Source: Candidatus Latescibacterota bacterium
Lineage (GTDB): Bacteria > Latescibacterota > UBA2968 > GCA-2709665
Length of the DNA stretch: 64,000 nt
Reading direction: 5' to 3'
Assembly (NCBI GenBank): GCA_965219995.1
Contig: CBDCOX010000002.1
Location: 4,320,001 to 4,384,000, forward strand
The notes beneath the pieces are model-generated. The model was not told where the DNA came from, made no database searches, and saw only the letters and a program-made list of their open reading frames with translations. Positions 8,243 to 18,962 of this stretch are shown here, one piece after another (within the stretch, counting starts at the first letter, position 1; each line of letters starts with the position of its first letter). A program made the translations under genes and the position numbers.

Positions 8243-11200
8243 TCAGAAGTTCCTGGAGAGTGAGAAGCCCACGCGGTAGTCCGGGGTTCCGACAGGTGCG
8301 CCAACCCGGTCCGTTCCCAAACCCTGCCCGGGCAGGCGAACTTCGCCGAGCAACTCCAACTGAAGGTTCCTGCTCAGGATACCTGCGGACCCGTTGGAGG
8401 CGCCCGGCGCAATCAGGCGAAGACCGCCGCCGAGGCGGTGTATGCCCGCACCAGCCACGTCCAGATCGACAAAGGGCGCCAGCCGGCCCCGGCCTCCCCG
8501 GGTCACCAGTCCGTAGTCGAGGCCCGCCCGCGCGCTGTTGGGCCGCCAGTCCATTCTTTCGCGCCCGTCTGTGCCGTTTCGATACGCCGCCATCCGGTCA
8601 CGATCCCACAACCTGTTGACGCCGCCGACGGTACTCTTCCCCCACCGGGGCTCTACAGACAAAGCCAATCCCTTGCTGTCAGCACCCGGGTCCAGACGCA
8701 GCGCCAGGCTCAGGCCGCCTTCCCTGAAGTCTCGATCCTGGTGCGCTACCAGCCAGTGCGAGCGGGCCTCCAGGTCCAGGCCGATGCGCCGATTCGAAAG
8801 CGATAGCGCCCCGGCCAGTTCGGTGCCGAGTCCCTTCTCTGTGTCGCCGCCGTCAACGCGTGCGCCGAGTGCCAGACTCAAGTCCATCCGCGTGTCGGGC
8901 GTCATGGACCACTCCGTACTGCCGTTGAGCATCAGGCGAACGCGCCGGGCGTCGCCGGTAGCGGCCCTCAGCCCCGCCACCGATTCGGAGCCGGTGCTCA
9001 CGGCGAAGGCATCGGCCGTCAACGCCAGGTCGACGTTCCCCAGCCGCGTCAGGGCCATCCGTGCGCCGAGTGCCGCGGACCGGCTGCTGATGTTCGTCTC
9101 GGCCGAACTACTGCCCGTGCCTGCCAGGGGGCCGCCGTAGCCGCTGTACAGTTCGGCGTCGCCCGTGCCGAAGCCCAACATTCCCCACAGGCCCAGTTTT
9201 TCGATGGGGGACCAGTGAACGTACGGATGGAGGCTGGCCAGTCGCGTCTTCCACTTGCCAATACTGTTGCCGGCATTGTCGAGGTCCTGGACGCCATTGC
9301 TGTACGAGGCGGCCAGCCCCGCCACGAGCTTCGAATTCCAGTTGTAGTCCGCCCCGACGTACGCCGCCGTGACACTGCCGTCCATGCGATTGTCCGAATT
9401 GGGATCGCCGGAATACCGGCTGCCGGCGCCGCGTCCCCAGAACGTCCATCCGTTATCTGCGGATCCGGACGGGTCCATTGCCAACTGGAAGGAACTGCGG
9501 GTTAAGACACTCCGCCCGGAGGGCGCCCTCAGTACCGGTCGAACAGTGGTTGGATCGGGCGTTGACCCGGACAGTCCGTCCAGCGCGGTTGCTTCGCGCC
9601 CTGGCGTGGGAACCGGGGCGTCCAGGCGTATGCCGAACAGACCCGCGGCGACCCGCACCCACTCCAACGTGTTGAACGCCTGTCCGAGGCCGAGGCTGCC
9701 GCCGCCCAGGGTGGCTCGCAATGCCCGGGACGTGGCCTCGAAGCGACCCACGACCGCATCCACGGCCTGGCTCAGCACCGTCCTGCCGAACGCCGCCAGG
9801 GACAGCTCGAGGGCGCGGGCGCGGTTGGTCCGGAGGGTTTCGACCGTGACGGCGAAGGAGAGCCTCGCGCTCATGCCATACGGGTCGCGGGCCGTCACCG
9901 TCACACGCGTGGTCGCCACCGCGACGGGGGTGAGCGCGATGGCTTTGCCGACGAGGCTGACGTTCACAATGCCCCGGTCCGGCGACGCTTCGTATTCGAG
10001 CGGGTCCCCGTCCGGATCGGCGAACAGTCCCGTCAGGTCGACGGTTCCGTTCGTGCCCATCGTGAGCACCTGGTCCGGAATCGTCCCAACCACCGCGGGG
10101 CCGAGGTTGATCCCCTTTATCGCGATCGTCACCGTAGCCGCGTCGCTGCTGGCGCCCCTGCTGTCCAACACCCGGTAGGTGAAGCGGTCTTCGGCCACCC
10201 TGCCGCCGTCGTGGTTGTAGACGAAGGTTCCGTCCTCATACAGCGTCAGGGCGCCATGGACGGGCGCTTCGACCAGGATTGCCGTCAACCGGCTCCTGTC
10301 GTCTTCGGCGTCGACGTCGTTGGCCAGGACGCTGATGCTCCCGTCATCGCTTGGGCTCACCGCGGCGCTGTTCGCCAGCGGCGCGATCTTCGCGCCCGCG
10401 TCCGGTTCCGGAATGTCGAAGTCTTCGGGCGGCGCGAAATATGGATTTCGTGCATCGTTCCGGGTGTCGCCGGTCCACAACGACGTCGTCGTGCGGCCCC
10501 GGAAGACCGTTACGGCATCGTCCACCGCCACCGGCGGCATGTTGACCCGCGTTCGACCGCTGCCCACCGGTGACCAGGCGCCCGCGCCCTCCGCGTTCTT
10601 CGCACGCACCTGCACCTCGTAGGTCGCTTCGGACTCCAGTCCGGGGATCGCAGCGACGGTCTTCGTGCCCGAGAACGCGTGGGAGACCCAGGCGGAGAGG
10701 CCCTGCTTCCGGTACCTCACGTCGTAGTCGCTGACCGCCGGGCCCGTGTTGGCGGGGACCCGCCAGACCGCCTGCACGCTCGTCAATGACGCGCCGGTCA
10801 CCCTGGGCGCCGCCGGGGCGGACGGCGGCTCCGCAACGTCGGTGACGCCGATGGCCACGTCGATGACGTCACTGCCCTCTCTTCCGTCGTCGACGGTCAC
10901 CGTCACCGTGTGGGACAGGGGCCCCGCCTCGTAGTCCAGCAAAGTCCCTTCGGAAACCATGATCTGTCCGGTGCCCGAATCGATGGCAAAGGCATCCGAT
11001 CCCGACAGCGTATAACTCAGAGCGTCTCCGTTCGGATCCGTTGCCTCGACCGGATCGCCCACCGCGCCGCCGGCGGGCGTATTCTCCGCGACAGTGCGTG
11101 TGGTCGCTAAGCCCGCGTCGAAGCCGGGAGCCTCGTTGGGGCCGTCGTCGTCGATGATCGTGCCCGTTACGGGGTCGCCCGCCGTCACGCCGGACGGCGC

Positions 11201-14200
11201 GTTCGACACCCGCAGCGCGACGGTGAAGGTCTCGTTTTCTTCAACGATCCCGTCCTCCGTCGTCGCCACCTTGAACGTCTGCTTTTCGCCCGCCGCGCCC
11301 GTGAAGCGAACGGGCTTTGCGTCGGTCGAGTAGTCGGTTTCCGACGTCGCCGTCCCATCGCGGAAGACAGGCGTCACCGTCAGACCGCCCTGTACCGCCC
11401 GGTCCAGCCTCACGTGAAAGGTCAGCGCGTCGCCTTCAGACGCCTTTCCGCTCCCGGTCGTCACCGTCCCCCGGTCGTCGTCTGTTATCGTGCCCGTTGC
11501 AACGCCCGTTGTCAGTCCGGACACCGACGTCCCCGAGATGGAAAGACCCACCGTGACGGTCTCGTTGTGTTCCACAACCTCGTCCTGTGCCGTCGCCACC
11601 GAAAACGTGTGCGTCTCCCCTGCCGTTCCGGCAAAGCGTATGCCCGCGACGTCCGCGGTGTAGTCCCTGCCGCGGGTGGCCGTGCCGCCGCGGATGACGG
11701 GCGTGACCGTCAGACCGCCGGGTACCGTGCGGTTCAGCCTCACCGCAAACGTAAGCACGCCTCCCTCCGCGGCCCCAGCGTTTGCCATCGTCACCGTCTT
11801 CCTGACCGTGGACGGGTCATGGGTCGCGCCGCGGCCGCTTTTCGACCACGCGCCGTCGCCTTCGGCGTTCCTGGCCAGCACCTGCACCTCGTAGGTGGTC
11901 GCAGCCTTCAGGCCGGCGATCGTGGTGCTCGCGCCTGTGCCATCAAACGCATGGTCTCTCCATGCCGTTGTGCCTGCTTCCCTGTACCGCACGTCGTAAT
12001 CGGCGATGGGTCCGCCGTTGTCGGCCGGCGCCGTCCAGCTCACGTCCAGCGAACCCGCGGGGTCTCCCGGCGAACGGACGACCGACGGCGCGTCCGGCGC
12101 GTCAGGGGGCGACACGTCGGTCACGTTGACCGTGAGGGACAGGACGTCCGTGTGCCCGTGTCCGTCGTCCACCGTGACCGTCAGTCCGTCGTAAACACTC
12201 TTGACTTCGAAGTCCAGCGAGTCCTTCGTACTCAACTGGCCGGTGGCCCGATCCAGGCTGAAGGCGGAGGCGTCCGTCCCCCCAAGCGTGTATGAAAGCG
12301 GGTCGTCCTCGGCGTCCGTCGCCGAGACCGGCGTGCCGATGGCCGTGCCCGGGGGCGTGTTCTCGGCCACGGTACGGATGGCCGCGTCCCCGTCGTCGAA
12401 TACGGGCGGTGCATCGTTGTCCAGGATCGTTACCGTTGCGGATCTTCGGTCCACGACCACTTTCTGGGACGCCCCGCTGGCGACCGAGGGCTCGCCCAGA
12501 TCAATCCCGAAGCTCTCCAGGTCCTCGTGCTCCTCGTCGTCGAGGATGATAATCTCGATGATCGCCTCCGTCTGTCCTGCCGCAAGGATGACGGTGCCGG
12601 AGCTGGGTTCGTGCTCGTGTCCGGACTGCCGATCTGCGACGGATATCTTCGACGCGGGCCCCGAGCTCGATGTGGTCCACGGCACCTCGACCGTACCGCC
12701 CACGGACGACGAGAGCGTGACCGGCAGTTCCACGCTGGAACCCTCCGCCACCGGGCTGTCCGGATCATGGATGGAGACGAAGACGGTACCGTCGTCGTCC
12801 TGGATTGTACCGGTCGCAGGATTTCCCGCCGTCACCTCCGGAGGCGCATTGGACACCGTGAGGCCGACCGTGAACGTCTCGTTGTCTTCGGCATCCATGT
12901 CATCCGTCGTTGCCACTGTGAAGGACCGTTCCTCCCCAACCGTCCCTGTGAAGTTTATCGACGCCGTGTTGGCCGTATAGTCCGCGCCTTCAACTGCCGT
13001 GCCGTCGGCGAAGGTCGGCGTCGCCGTAAGCCCGCCGGAAACCGCCTTGTGCAGCGTCACCGTAAACGTGATTGAATTCCCCTCAACAGCCGATGCGTCG
13101 GACACCGTCAACGTCGGCACTCCACTTTCATGTCTATTGCGAATATCGTCATCGTCGTCCCTTATGGTGCCGGTCGCGCCGCCGGCGCTCACGCCGGACG
13201 GAGCATCGGACACCACCAGACTCAACGTAAATGTCTCGTCCTTCTCCTCCACGTCATCCTCGATCGTCGGCACCGTGAAGGTACGCTCCTCGCCCGCGGT
13301 TCCGATGAAACTGAGCGCCGCCGTATTCACAGTGTAATCGGCCCCTGACGTGGCGGTCACATCGCCGAAGACCGGCGTCACCGTAAGTCCACCTTGAACC
13401 GCCCTGGCCAGCCTCACCGTGAACGAAAGCGCATCGCCCTCCACCGCCGACGCGTCGGACGCCGTCACGGTCACGCTGCCGTCAGCGTCGTCGTCGGTGA
13501 TCGTCCCCGTCGCCGTATCGGTAGCCGTCACGGTCGCCGTCGTGCCCGAGACGACCAGTCCCACCGGGAACGTCTCGGACGCTTCCACGACCTCATCCTC
13601 AATCGTTGGCACCGTGAACGCCTTTTCTTCACCCGCGGCGCCGGTAAAACTGAGCGGGGTCGCATCTGCGGTATAGTCGGCATCCGCACTGGCCGTACCG
13701 ACGCCGAACACCGGTGTCACCGTAAGGCCCCCCGGAACCGCCCCTGCGAGCCGTACCGTGAACGACAGCGCCTCGCCCTCGACAGCCGTTGCGTCGGACA
13801 CGGTTACCTCGGTTGCCGCTGTCACGGTGATCCTGAACGTCGCCTCGTCAAACTGCCCGTTGACATTGGTCGCGTTGATCGCCACCGTGTAGGTCTTCGC
13901 CGCCGCGTCCGTCGACACGGTGCCCTGAACCTTTCTCGACGTATAGGACAGCCCGGAAGGGAGCCCCCCCACCGCCACCGCGGGAAGGTCGCTTTCTGCA
14001 ACGGTCACTGGATTGGCGTTTCCAAAAGCCCTTTTTGCGCCCCCCGGCGGCTCACCGACGCCTACGCTTATCACCGGGATCCCGAACGATGCAATTGTCT
14101 CACCCTGGGCATACGTCTTGTCCGCAGGCGCTATGATCTCCAGCAACGGATTCGAAACGTCCAGACTCGCCGTAATCGAAAGCCTGTCTGCGGCGGAGTT

Positions 14201-17200
14201 GCCGTTGCCCACCGCGTCGTCCGCCACGTTCGCCGCAACGTCCACCGTCACCAAGCCGGTCGCCGCCGGCGTGATCGTGGCGGCGTAACTGGCTCCCGTT
14301 CCGGAAAAGGCCGTCACCGTCCCGTTGCCCACCGTCACGTCACCCTGCTCGAAACCGCTCACGGACTCCGAAAACGCGATGCTTACGTCAAACGCACCCG
14401 TCTGCGTAGCCGCCGGACCCGTGATACCAACGGACGGACGATCCACGTCCGCCTGAACGGAGAATCGGGTTGCTGCTTTGTTGCCGTTTCCCGCCGAATC
14501 CCGGGCCGCGCGTGCCGCAACGTCCACCGTCACGGCTCCGGTGGCGGCGGGAGTGACTGTGGCGGTGTACCTGTCTCCCGAACCTGAGAAAGCCGTCACG
14601 GTCCCGTTGCCGACGGTTACATCTCCCTTCTCGAACCCGGTGACCGGCTCCGAGAAGGTGATCGTTGCGTCGAACGCCCCGTTCTGCGCGTCCGCCGGAC
14701 CCGAGATGCCGACCGTTGGCGCAACCAGATCCGCCTGCACCGAATACCGGCTCGCAGACGCGTTGCCGTTGCCGGCTTCGTCCACGGCCACGATCGCCGC
14801 AACGTCCACCGTCACGGCTCCGGTGGCGGCAGGAGTGACGGTGGCGGTGTACCTGTCTCCCGAACCGGAGAAAGCCGTCACGGACCCGTTGCCGACGCTC
14901 ACATCCCCCTTCTTGAACCCGGTGACCGGCTCCGAGAAGGTAATCGTTGCGTCGAACGCACCGTTCTGCGCATCCGTCGGCCCCGAGATGCCGACCGTTG
15001 GCGCATCGAGGTCCGCCAGCACCGAGTACACCGGGGATGCCTTGTTGTCCCATCCAGCCCGGTCCTTGAACGTCGCCGCGCCGATGCTCACGCTCACTCT
15101 ACCGCTCGCGGCCGGTGTGATCTGTACGGTGTAGTACCGCCCGTAGTCGGTATCGGCCTCGAAAGACGTGACCGAGCCGTTTGCGACCGTGATATCTCCC
15201 GCCGCGAAGCCGACGAGATTGCCCTCGGAAACTTGCAGTCTGATATCGAAGGGTCCGTTCTGCGGCGCCGTCGGTCCGGTGATCCCCAACCGTTTTCGGA
15301 GTAAAGGCGGATCCGGATCCACGTCCACCTGATAGGTTGCAACCAGGGAAGGATGGTCCTCCCTGGCGTCACGCCATTCCACCTGTATCTTGACCGTGTA
15401 CGGCCAGGTCCCGCCTCGCTGTTCGGTGTATCCCGGCGTCGCTGTGACGTTAAGGACGGAGCGGTCGTTCCAGGTGTAGGAAAGCTCGGAATGCCACCTG
15501 GTCACTGAGACCGACCCGGGAGCAGGCGCTTCCGAGAAAATAGCCCGTACTTCGAACGGGTCATCGCTGGTGCGCACCGCGGTCGGCCCTTCGAATCGAA
15601 TCCAGCGCGGCAGAAACACATCCACGGAGAATTGGCTCGCAGCCTCGTTGCCGTTGTCTGCCGCGCCAGTGGCGACGTGTGCCGGAACGTCTACGGTCAC
15701 CGTTCCGCTGGCTGCCGGCGTGATGGTGGCCGTGTAGCTGCTGCCCGAACCTGAGAAAGCGGTCACGGAGCCGTTGCCGACGGTTACATCACCCTGTTCG
15801 AATTCTGCAACGTCCTCTGAGAAGGTGATGGTTACGTCGAACGCACCGTTCTGCGGATCGGGCGGACCGGAGATGGCCACGGTCGGAGCAGCCACCGGCT
15901 CGGTCACCGTGATCGTGAACGTCGCCGTCTTCGGGGGATAGTCGACCGTGCCGCCTTCGCCGTCGCCGTCTGCGGTGATCGTGACCGTGTAGTCCATCAA
16001 TTCCGCGTCCACGGAGACCGTGCCCTGCACTTGCCCGTTCGAATACGACAGGCCCGGCGGCAGACCCGTCACCGCCACCGTCTTGTATTTCGGATCGGCA
16101 TCGACAGTGATATCGAACGCCGCGATCGTCTCGCCTTGCTCAACCGTCTTGTCGCCCGGCACTGTAATCCGCGGCGGCGCATAGACCACGTGGTAACGGA
16201 ACGTCCGGGTCACCGCCGGGTTCACGCCGTCGTCCGCCTCGACGGTATATTGGTACGTCCTGTCCGTAAGGGCAGGGATCCGGGATGAGTCCGCCAGCGG
16301 CGTCCCTTGCACCTTGCCGTCGGAATACGACAGCCCGGCCGGCAGACCGGTCACTACGACCGTCACGTCGTCCCCGTCGGGGTCGGTCACCGTTATGTCA
16401 AAAGGCCAAATCTCCTGGTATTGAATACCGTAAACGACAAGGGGTTCCCTGATCACCGGCGGCCTGTTTGCCGGCGGCGTACTCGGTGGCGTGGTGACCG
16501 TGATCGTGAACGTCGCCGTCGCCTTCAGCCCGTCGTTTACCTCGTTTGCCTCGATCGTTACCGTGTAGTCCTTCGCCGTTGCAGTTGACGCCACCGTGCC
16601 AGTCACCTCGAGGGATTTCGACGTTTCGTCCCACGACCAGGACAGCCCCGACGGCAGACCCACGATCGTCATGCCGAAAGAGTCACCGTCGGGATCGCTC
16701 ACGGGGATGCTGATCGTTGTAATCGTCTGGCCCTGCCTGAACGTCTTGTTGCCCGGCGCCGTGATCACCGGCGGCCTGTTTGCCGGCGGCGTACTCGGTG
16801 GCGTGGTGACCGTGATCGTGAACGTCGCCGTCGCCTTCAGCCCGTCGTTTACCTCGTTTGCCTCGATCGTCACAGTGTAGTCCTTCGCCGCTGCGGTTGA
16901 CGCCACCGCGCCAGTCACCTCGAGGGATTTCGACGTTTCGTCCCACGACCAGGACAGCCCCGACGGCAGACCCACGATCGTCATGCCGAAAGAGTCACCG
17001 TCGGGATCGCTCACGGGGATGCTGATCGTTGTAATCGTCTGGCCCTGCCTGAACGTCTTGTTGCCCGGCGCCGTGATCACCGGAAGCCTGTTTGCCGGCG
17101 GCGTACTCGGTGGCGTGGTGACCGTGATCGTGAACGTCGCCGTCGCCTTCAGCCCGTCGTTTACCTCGTTTGCCTCGATCGTTACCGTGTAGTCCTTCGC

Positions 17201-18151
17201 CGTTGCAGTTGACGCCACCGTGCCAGTCACCTCGAGGGATTTCGACGTTTCGTCCCACGACCAGGACAGCCCCGACGGCAGACCCACGATCGTCATGCCG
17301 AAAGAGTCACCGTCGGGATCGCTCACGGGGATGCTGATCGTTGTAATCGTCTGGCCCTGCCTGAACGTCTTGTTGCCCGGCGCCGTGATCTCAGGAGCCG
17401 AGTTCAGAGTGACCTGAACAGAATACTGGCTCGCCGCGGTGTTGGCATTGCCTCCAGCGTCCCTGGCCACGCTCGCGGCCACGTCCACCGTAACCGTCCC
17501 GCTGGCCGACGGCGTAATCGTGATCGAATAGCCGGCCCCGGAACCGGAGAAACCCGTCACCGACCCATTGCCCACCGACACGTCCCCCTGCTCGAACGGA
17601 TGCCCGTAAACACCAACGGGCTCCGAAAACTCGACCGTCACGCCGAACGCGCCAGTCTGAACGGCCGATGGACCTGAGATGGTGACTGACGGAGGATCCA
17701 GATCCGCGTTCCCCGTATACCGACTGGCCGCAGTGTTTCCGTTTCCGGCGGCATCGGTAGCCACGTTCGCCGCGACGTCCACGGTCACCGGACCGCTGGC
17801 CGCTGGTAGGACCGTGACCGTGTAACTGGCGCCGGAGCCCGAGAAATCCGTTACCGACGCATTGCCCACCGTCACGTCCCCCTCTTCGAACCCGGAAACT
17901 GATTTCGAAAACGTGATGTACACGTCAACCGGATGGTCCCCAATCGTATACGACGGACCGTTAATGCTCACGGTGAGCGCAGCCTCGGCACGAGCGACTG
18001 CTGGAAGGGCCGCAGGAGCGACGGCTGTCATCAGGCCGGTCATCGCCAAGACAGCGGCAGCCCGGTAGAGCCGTTCGTTAGTGGAGGAGAATCTGAAGAA
18101 ACATAGCAGACCGGGGAATCTGGTGAGGTTTGCTGAGCATCCAACGTGCAT
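8243..18151 (-). CDS. Giant autotransporter-like adhesin (~3302 aa): Ig-like, He_PIG-like, Calx-beta, cadherin and FN3 repeats with a C-terminal beta-barrel
   Basis: ORF track 8243..18241. Start moved to ATG 18151 (GGAGG RBS) because the listed TTG lies on the sigma54 promoter. Calx-beta-like TGTITDDD motifs; FN3 LDVSWTAP...YEVQV; C-terminal amphipathic strands (GWTFWGRG...AYVGADY...) ending in Phe. Confidence 0.88.
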   Translation of the reverse strand: MHVGCSANLTRFPGLLCFFRFSSTNERLYRAAAVLAMTGLMTAVAPAALPAVARAEAALTVSINGPSYTIGDHPVDVYITFSKSVSGFEEGDVTVGNASVTDFSGSGASYTVTVLPAASGPVTVDVAANVATDAAGNGNTAASRYTGNADLDPPSVTISGPSAVQTGAFGVTVEFSEPVGVYGHPFEQGDVSVGNGSVTGFSGSGAGYSITITPSASGTVTVDVAASVARDAGGNANTAASQYSVQVTLNSAPEITAPGNKTFRQGQTITTISIPVSDPDGDSFGMTIVGLPSGLSWSWDETSKSLEVTGTVASTATAKDYTVTIEANEVNDGLKATATFTITVTTPPSTPPANRLPVITAPGNKTFRQGQTITTISIPVSDPDGDSFGMTIVGLPSGLSWSWDETSKSLEVTGAVASTAAAKDYTVTIEANEVNDGLKATATFTITVTTPPSTPPANRPPVITAPGNKTFRQGQTITTISIPVSDPDGDSFGMTIVGLPSGLSWSWDETSKSLEVTGTVASTATAKDYTVTIEANEVNDGLKATATFTITVTTPPSTPPANRPPVIREPLVVYGIQYQEIWPFDITVTDPDGDDVTVVVTGLPAGLSYSDGKVQGTPLADSSRIPALTDRTYQYTVEADDGVNPAVTRTFRYHVVYAPPRITVPGDKTVEQGETIAAFDITVDADPKYKTVAVTGLPPGLSYSNGQVQGTVSVDAELMDYTVTITADGDGEGGTVDYPPKTATFTITVTEPVAAPTVAISGPPDPQNGAFDVTITFSEDVAEFEQGDVTVGNGSVTAFSGSGSSYTATITPAASGTVTVDVPAHVATGAADNGNEAASQFSVDVFLPRWIRFEGPTAVRTSDDPFEVRAIFSEAPAPGSVSVTRWHSELSYTWNDRSVLNVTATPGYTEQRGGTWPYTVKIQVEWRDAREDHPSLVATYQVDVDPDPPLLRKRLGITGPTAPQNGPFDIRLQVSEGNLVGFAAGDITVANGSVTSFEADTDYGRYYTVQITPAASGRVSVSIGAATFKDRAGWDNKASPVYSVLADLDAPTVGISGPTDAQNGAFDATITFSEPVTGFKKGDVSVGNGSVTAFSGSGDRYTATVTPAATGAVTVDVAAIVAVDEAGNGNASASRYSVQADLVAPTVGISGPADAQNGAFDATITFSEPVTGFEKGDVTVGNGTVTAFSGSGDRYTATVTPAATGAVTVDVAARAARDSAGNGNKAATRFSVQADVDRPSVGITGPAATQTGAFDVSIAFSESVSGFEQGDVTVGNGTVTAFSGTGASYAATITPAATGLVTVDVAANVADDAVGNGNSAADRLSITASLDVSNPLLEIIAPADKTYAQGETIASFGIPVISVGVGEPPGGAKRAFGNANPVTVAESDLPAVAVGGLPSGLSYTSRKVQGTVSTDAAAKTYTVAINATNVNGQFDEATFRITVTAATEVTVSDATAVEGEALSFTVRLAGAVPGGLTVTPVFGVGTASADADYTADATPLSFTGAAGEEKAFTVPTIEDEVVEASETFPVGLVVSGTTATVTATDTATGTITDDDADGSVTVTASDASAVEGDALSFTVRLARAVQGGLTVTPVFGDVTATSGADYTVNTAALSFIGTAGEERTFTVPTIEDDVEEKDETFTLSLVVSDAPSGVSAGGATGTIRDDDDDIRNRHESGVPTLTVSDASAVEGNSITFTVTLHKAVSGGLTATPTFADGTAVEGADYTANTASINFTGTVGEERSFTVATTDDMDAEDNETFTVGLTVSNAPPEVTAGNPATGTIQDDDGTVFVSIHDPDSPVAEGSSVELPVTLSSSVGGTVEVPWTTSSSGPASKISVADRQSGHEHEPSSGTVILAAGQTEAIIEIIILDDEEHEDLESFGIDLGEPSVASGASQKVVVDRRSATVTILDNDAPPVFDDGDAAIRTVAENTPPGTAIGTPVSATDAEDDPLSYTLGGTDASAFSLDRATGQLSTKDSLDFEVKSVYDGLTVTVDDGHGHTDVLSLTVNVTDVSPPDAPDAPSVVRSPGDPAGSLDVSWTAPADNGGPIADYDVRYREAGTTAWRDHAFDGTGASTTIAGLKAATTYEVQVLARNAEGDGAWSKSGRGATHDPSTVRKTVTMANAGAAEGGVLTFAVRLNRTVPGGLTVTPVIRGGTATRGRDYTADVAGIRFAGTAGETHTFSVATAQDEVVEHNETVTVGLSISGTSVSGLTTGVATGTITDDDRGTVTTGSGKASEGDALTFHVRLDRAVQGGLTVTPVFRDGTATSETDYSTDAKPVRFTGAAGEKQTFKVATTEDGIVEENETFTVALRVSNAPSGVTAGDPVTGTIIDDDGPNEAPGFDAGLATTRTVAENTPAGGAVGDPVEATDPNGDALSYTLSGSDAFAIDSGTGQIMVSEGTLLDYEAGPLSHTVTVTVDDGREGSDVIDVAIGVTDVAEPPSAPAAPRVTGASLTSVQAVWRVPANTGPAVSDYDVRYRKQGLSAWVSHAFSGTKTVAAIPGLESEATYEVQVRAKNAEGAGAWSPVGSGRTRVNMPPVAVDDAVTVFRGRTTTSLWTGDTRNDARNPYFAPPEDFDIPEPDAGAKIAPLANSAAVSPSDDGSISVLANDVDAEDDRSRLTAILVEAPVHGALTLYEDGTFVYNHDGGRVAEDRFTYRVLDSRGASSDAATVTIAIKGINLGPAVVGTIPDQVLTMGTNGTVDLTGLFADPDGDPLEYEASPDRGIVNVSLVGKAIALTPVAVATTRVTVTARDPYGMSARLSFAVTVETLRTNRARALELSLAAFGRTVLSQAVDAVVGRFEATSRALRATLGGGSLGLGQAFNTLEWVRVAAGLFGIRLDAPVPTPGREATALDGLSGSTPDPTTVRPVLRAPSGRSVLTRSSFQLAMDPSGSADNGWTFWGRGAGSRYSGDPNSDNRMDGSVTAAYVGADYNWNSKLVAGLAASYSNGVQDLDNAGNSIGKWKTRLASLHPYVHWSPIEKLGLWGMLGFGTGDAELYSGYGGPLAGTGSSSAETNISSRSAALGARMALTRLGNVDLALTADAFAVSTGSESVAGLRAATGDARRVRLMLNGSTEWSMTPDTRMDLSLALGARVDGGDTEKGLGTELAGALSLSNRRIGLDLEARSHWLVAHQDRDFREGGLSLALRLDPGADSKGLALSVEPRWGKSTVGGVNRLWDRDRMAAYRNGTDGRERMDWRPNSARAGLDYGLVTRGGRGRLAPFVDLDVAGAGIHRLGGGLRLIAPGASNGSAGILSRNLQLELLGEVRLPGQGLGTDRVGAPVGTPDYRVGFSLSRNF
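16450..17390 (-). repeat. Three near-identical 312-bp (104-aa) intragenic repeats
   Basis: ITAPGNKTFRQGQTITTISIPVSDPDGDSFGM...TTPPSTPPANR occurs three times with few substitutions. Confidence 0.92.
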
Positions 18152-18224
18152 TGACTGCCTCCCTGTTCGGAATGGATGTATGCCGCCCCCTGAGGGTGCG
18201 GATAGCTTCAGTTCCATCGCGTTT

Positions 18225-18240
18225 AGCAGAAGGCGTGCCA
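18225..18240 (-). promoter_or_regulatory. sigma54 promoter of giant gene 2
   Basis: Minus strand TGGCACGCCTTCTGCT, 15/16 identical to 7600-7615; 74 nt upstream of ATG 18151. Confidence 0.85.
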
Positions 18241-18412
18241 AAGTCGCTCATCGACCTCAACTTCCCCAAAATAAGGGACTTATGGAATTACATCCGAGGA
18301 CCGCCATTCGACACAAGCGTCTCAATTGTCAACGATTCAGAGTCGATCCGGAGTTTAAAAACGGAAGCAACCCAAATGATTCCAGCGAGATACGCCGTTC
18401 CTTCGGAGTTGT

Positions 18413-18446
18413 ATCTCATTCTGAAACAAGAGCATGAATTCGAGAC
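18413..18446. promoter_or_regulatory. Putative enhancer (UAS), degenerate copy
   Basis: ATCTCA-TTC-TGAAAC and GCATGA-ATT-CGAGAC, 19 bp apart and 173 bp from the -24 box; same geometry as 7790-7825. Confidence 0.55.
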
Positions 18447-18698
18447 AGACGGCGGGCCGGTGTCGCGGCGATGTGATGGGAACCAATGCTGTACAATGCC
18501 TGAGAGGCAGTCGCTGATCCGCTCCGCCAGTACGAGGAGAGAAGGGAACGACATCGCCGTGTTCGGCGCGCGCACGCAGAACGGCCCCCGGTCAGGACGA
18601 CCGGGTGCCGGTAAGAGTACCAGAGAAAGCGGAAATGCGTGTGTCCTACAGGAAGGCCCGGGATACGACTCCAGGAATGGACGAGGTTCCGGGACCGA

Positions 18699-18802
18699 GG
18701 GGATATATCTTATTTATTATGATATCTCCGCCGGACATCATTTGTTTGGCGGAAGACCTATACGTATATATCTTATATAGTATGTATCCGCGTCGGATGC
18801 GG
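18699..18802. repeat. AT-rich conserved upstream element, copy 2
   Basis: GGATATATCTTATTTATTATG...TATGTATCCGCGTCGGATGCG. Confidence 0.7.
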
Positions 18803-18962
18803 GCGGCACCGGGCAGAATGCCCGGATCTCCAATTCGTGCAACTGACGTCAGGAGAGGAAGGGTGTGTCGGCCGACACCTGAGGATGGATACGCGGGAGG
18901 TTTTACGGGGATGCGGCGGCCATCGCGCCACGTACGTGATGACCCGGGGCGTCAGCCACGAC

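Noticed and set aside
2-17390. CRISPR array or diversity-generating retroelement
   Set aside because: The repeats are in-frame protein domains without unique spacers; no cas or reverse transcriptase gene and no adenine-specific TR/VR pair seen.
18152-18241. ORF-track start at 18241 for the 3332-aa protein
   Set aside because: The TTG overlaps the sigma54 -24 box; ATG 18151 has an RBS and matches the paralog's geometry.
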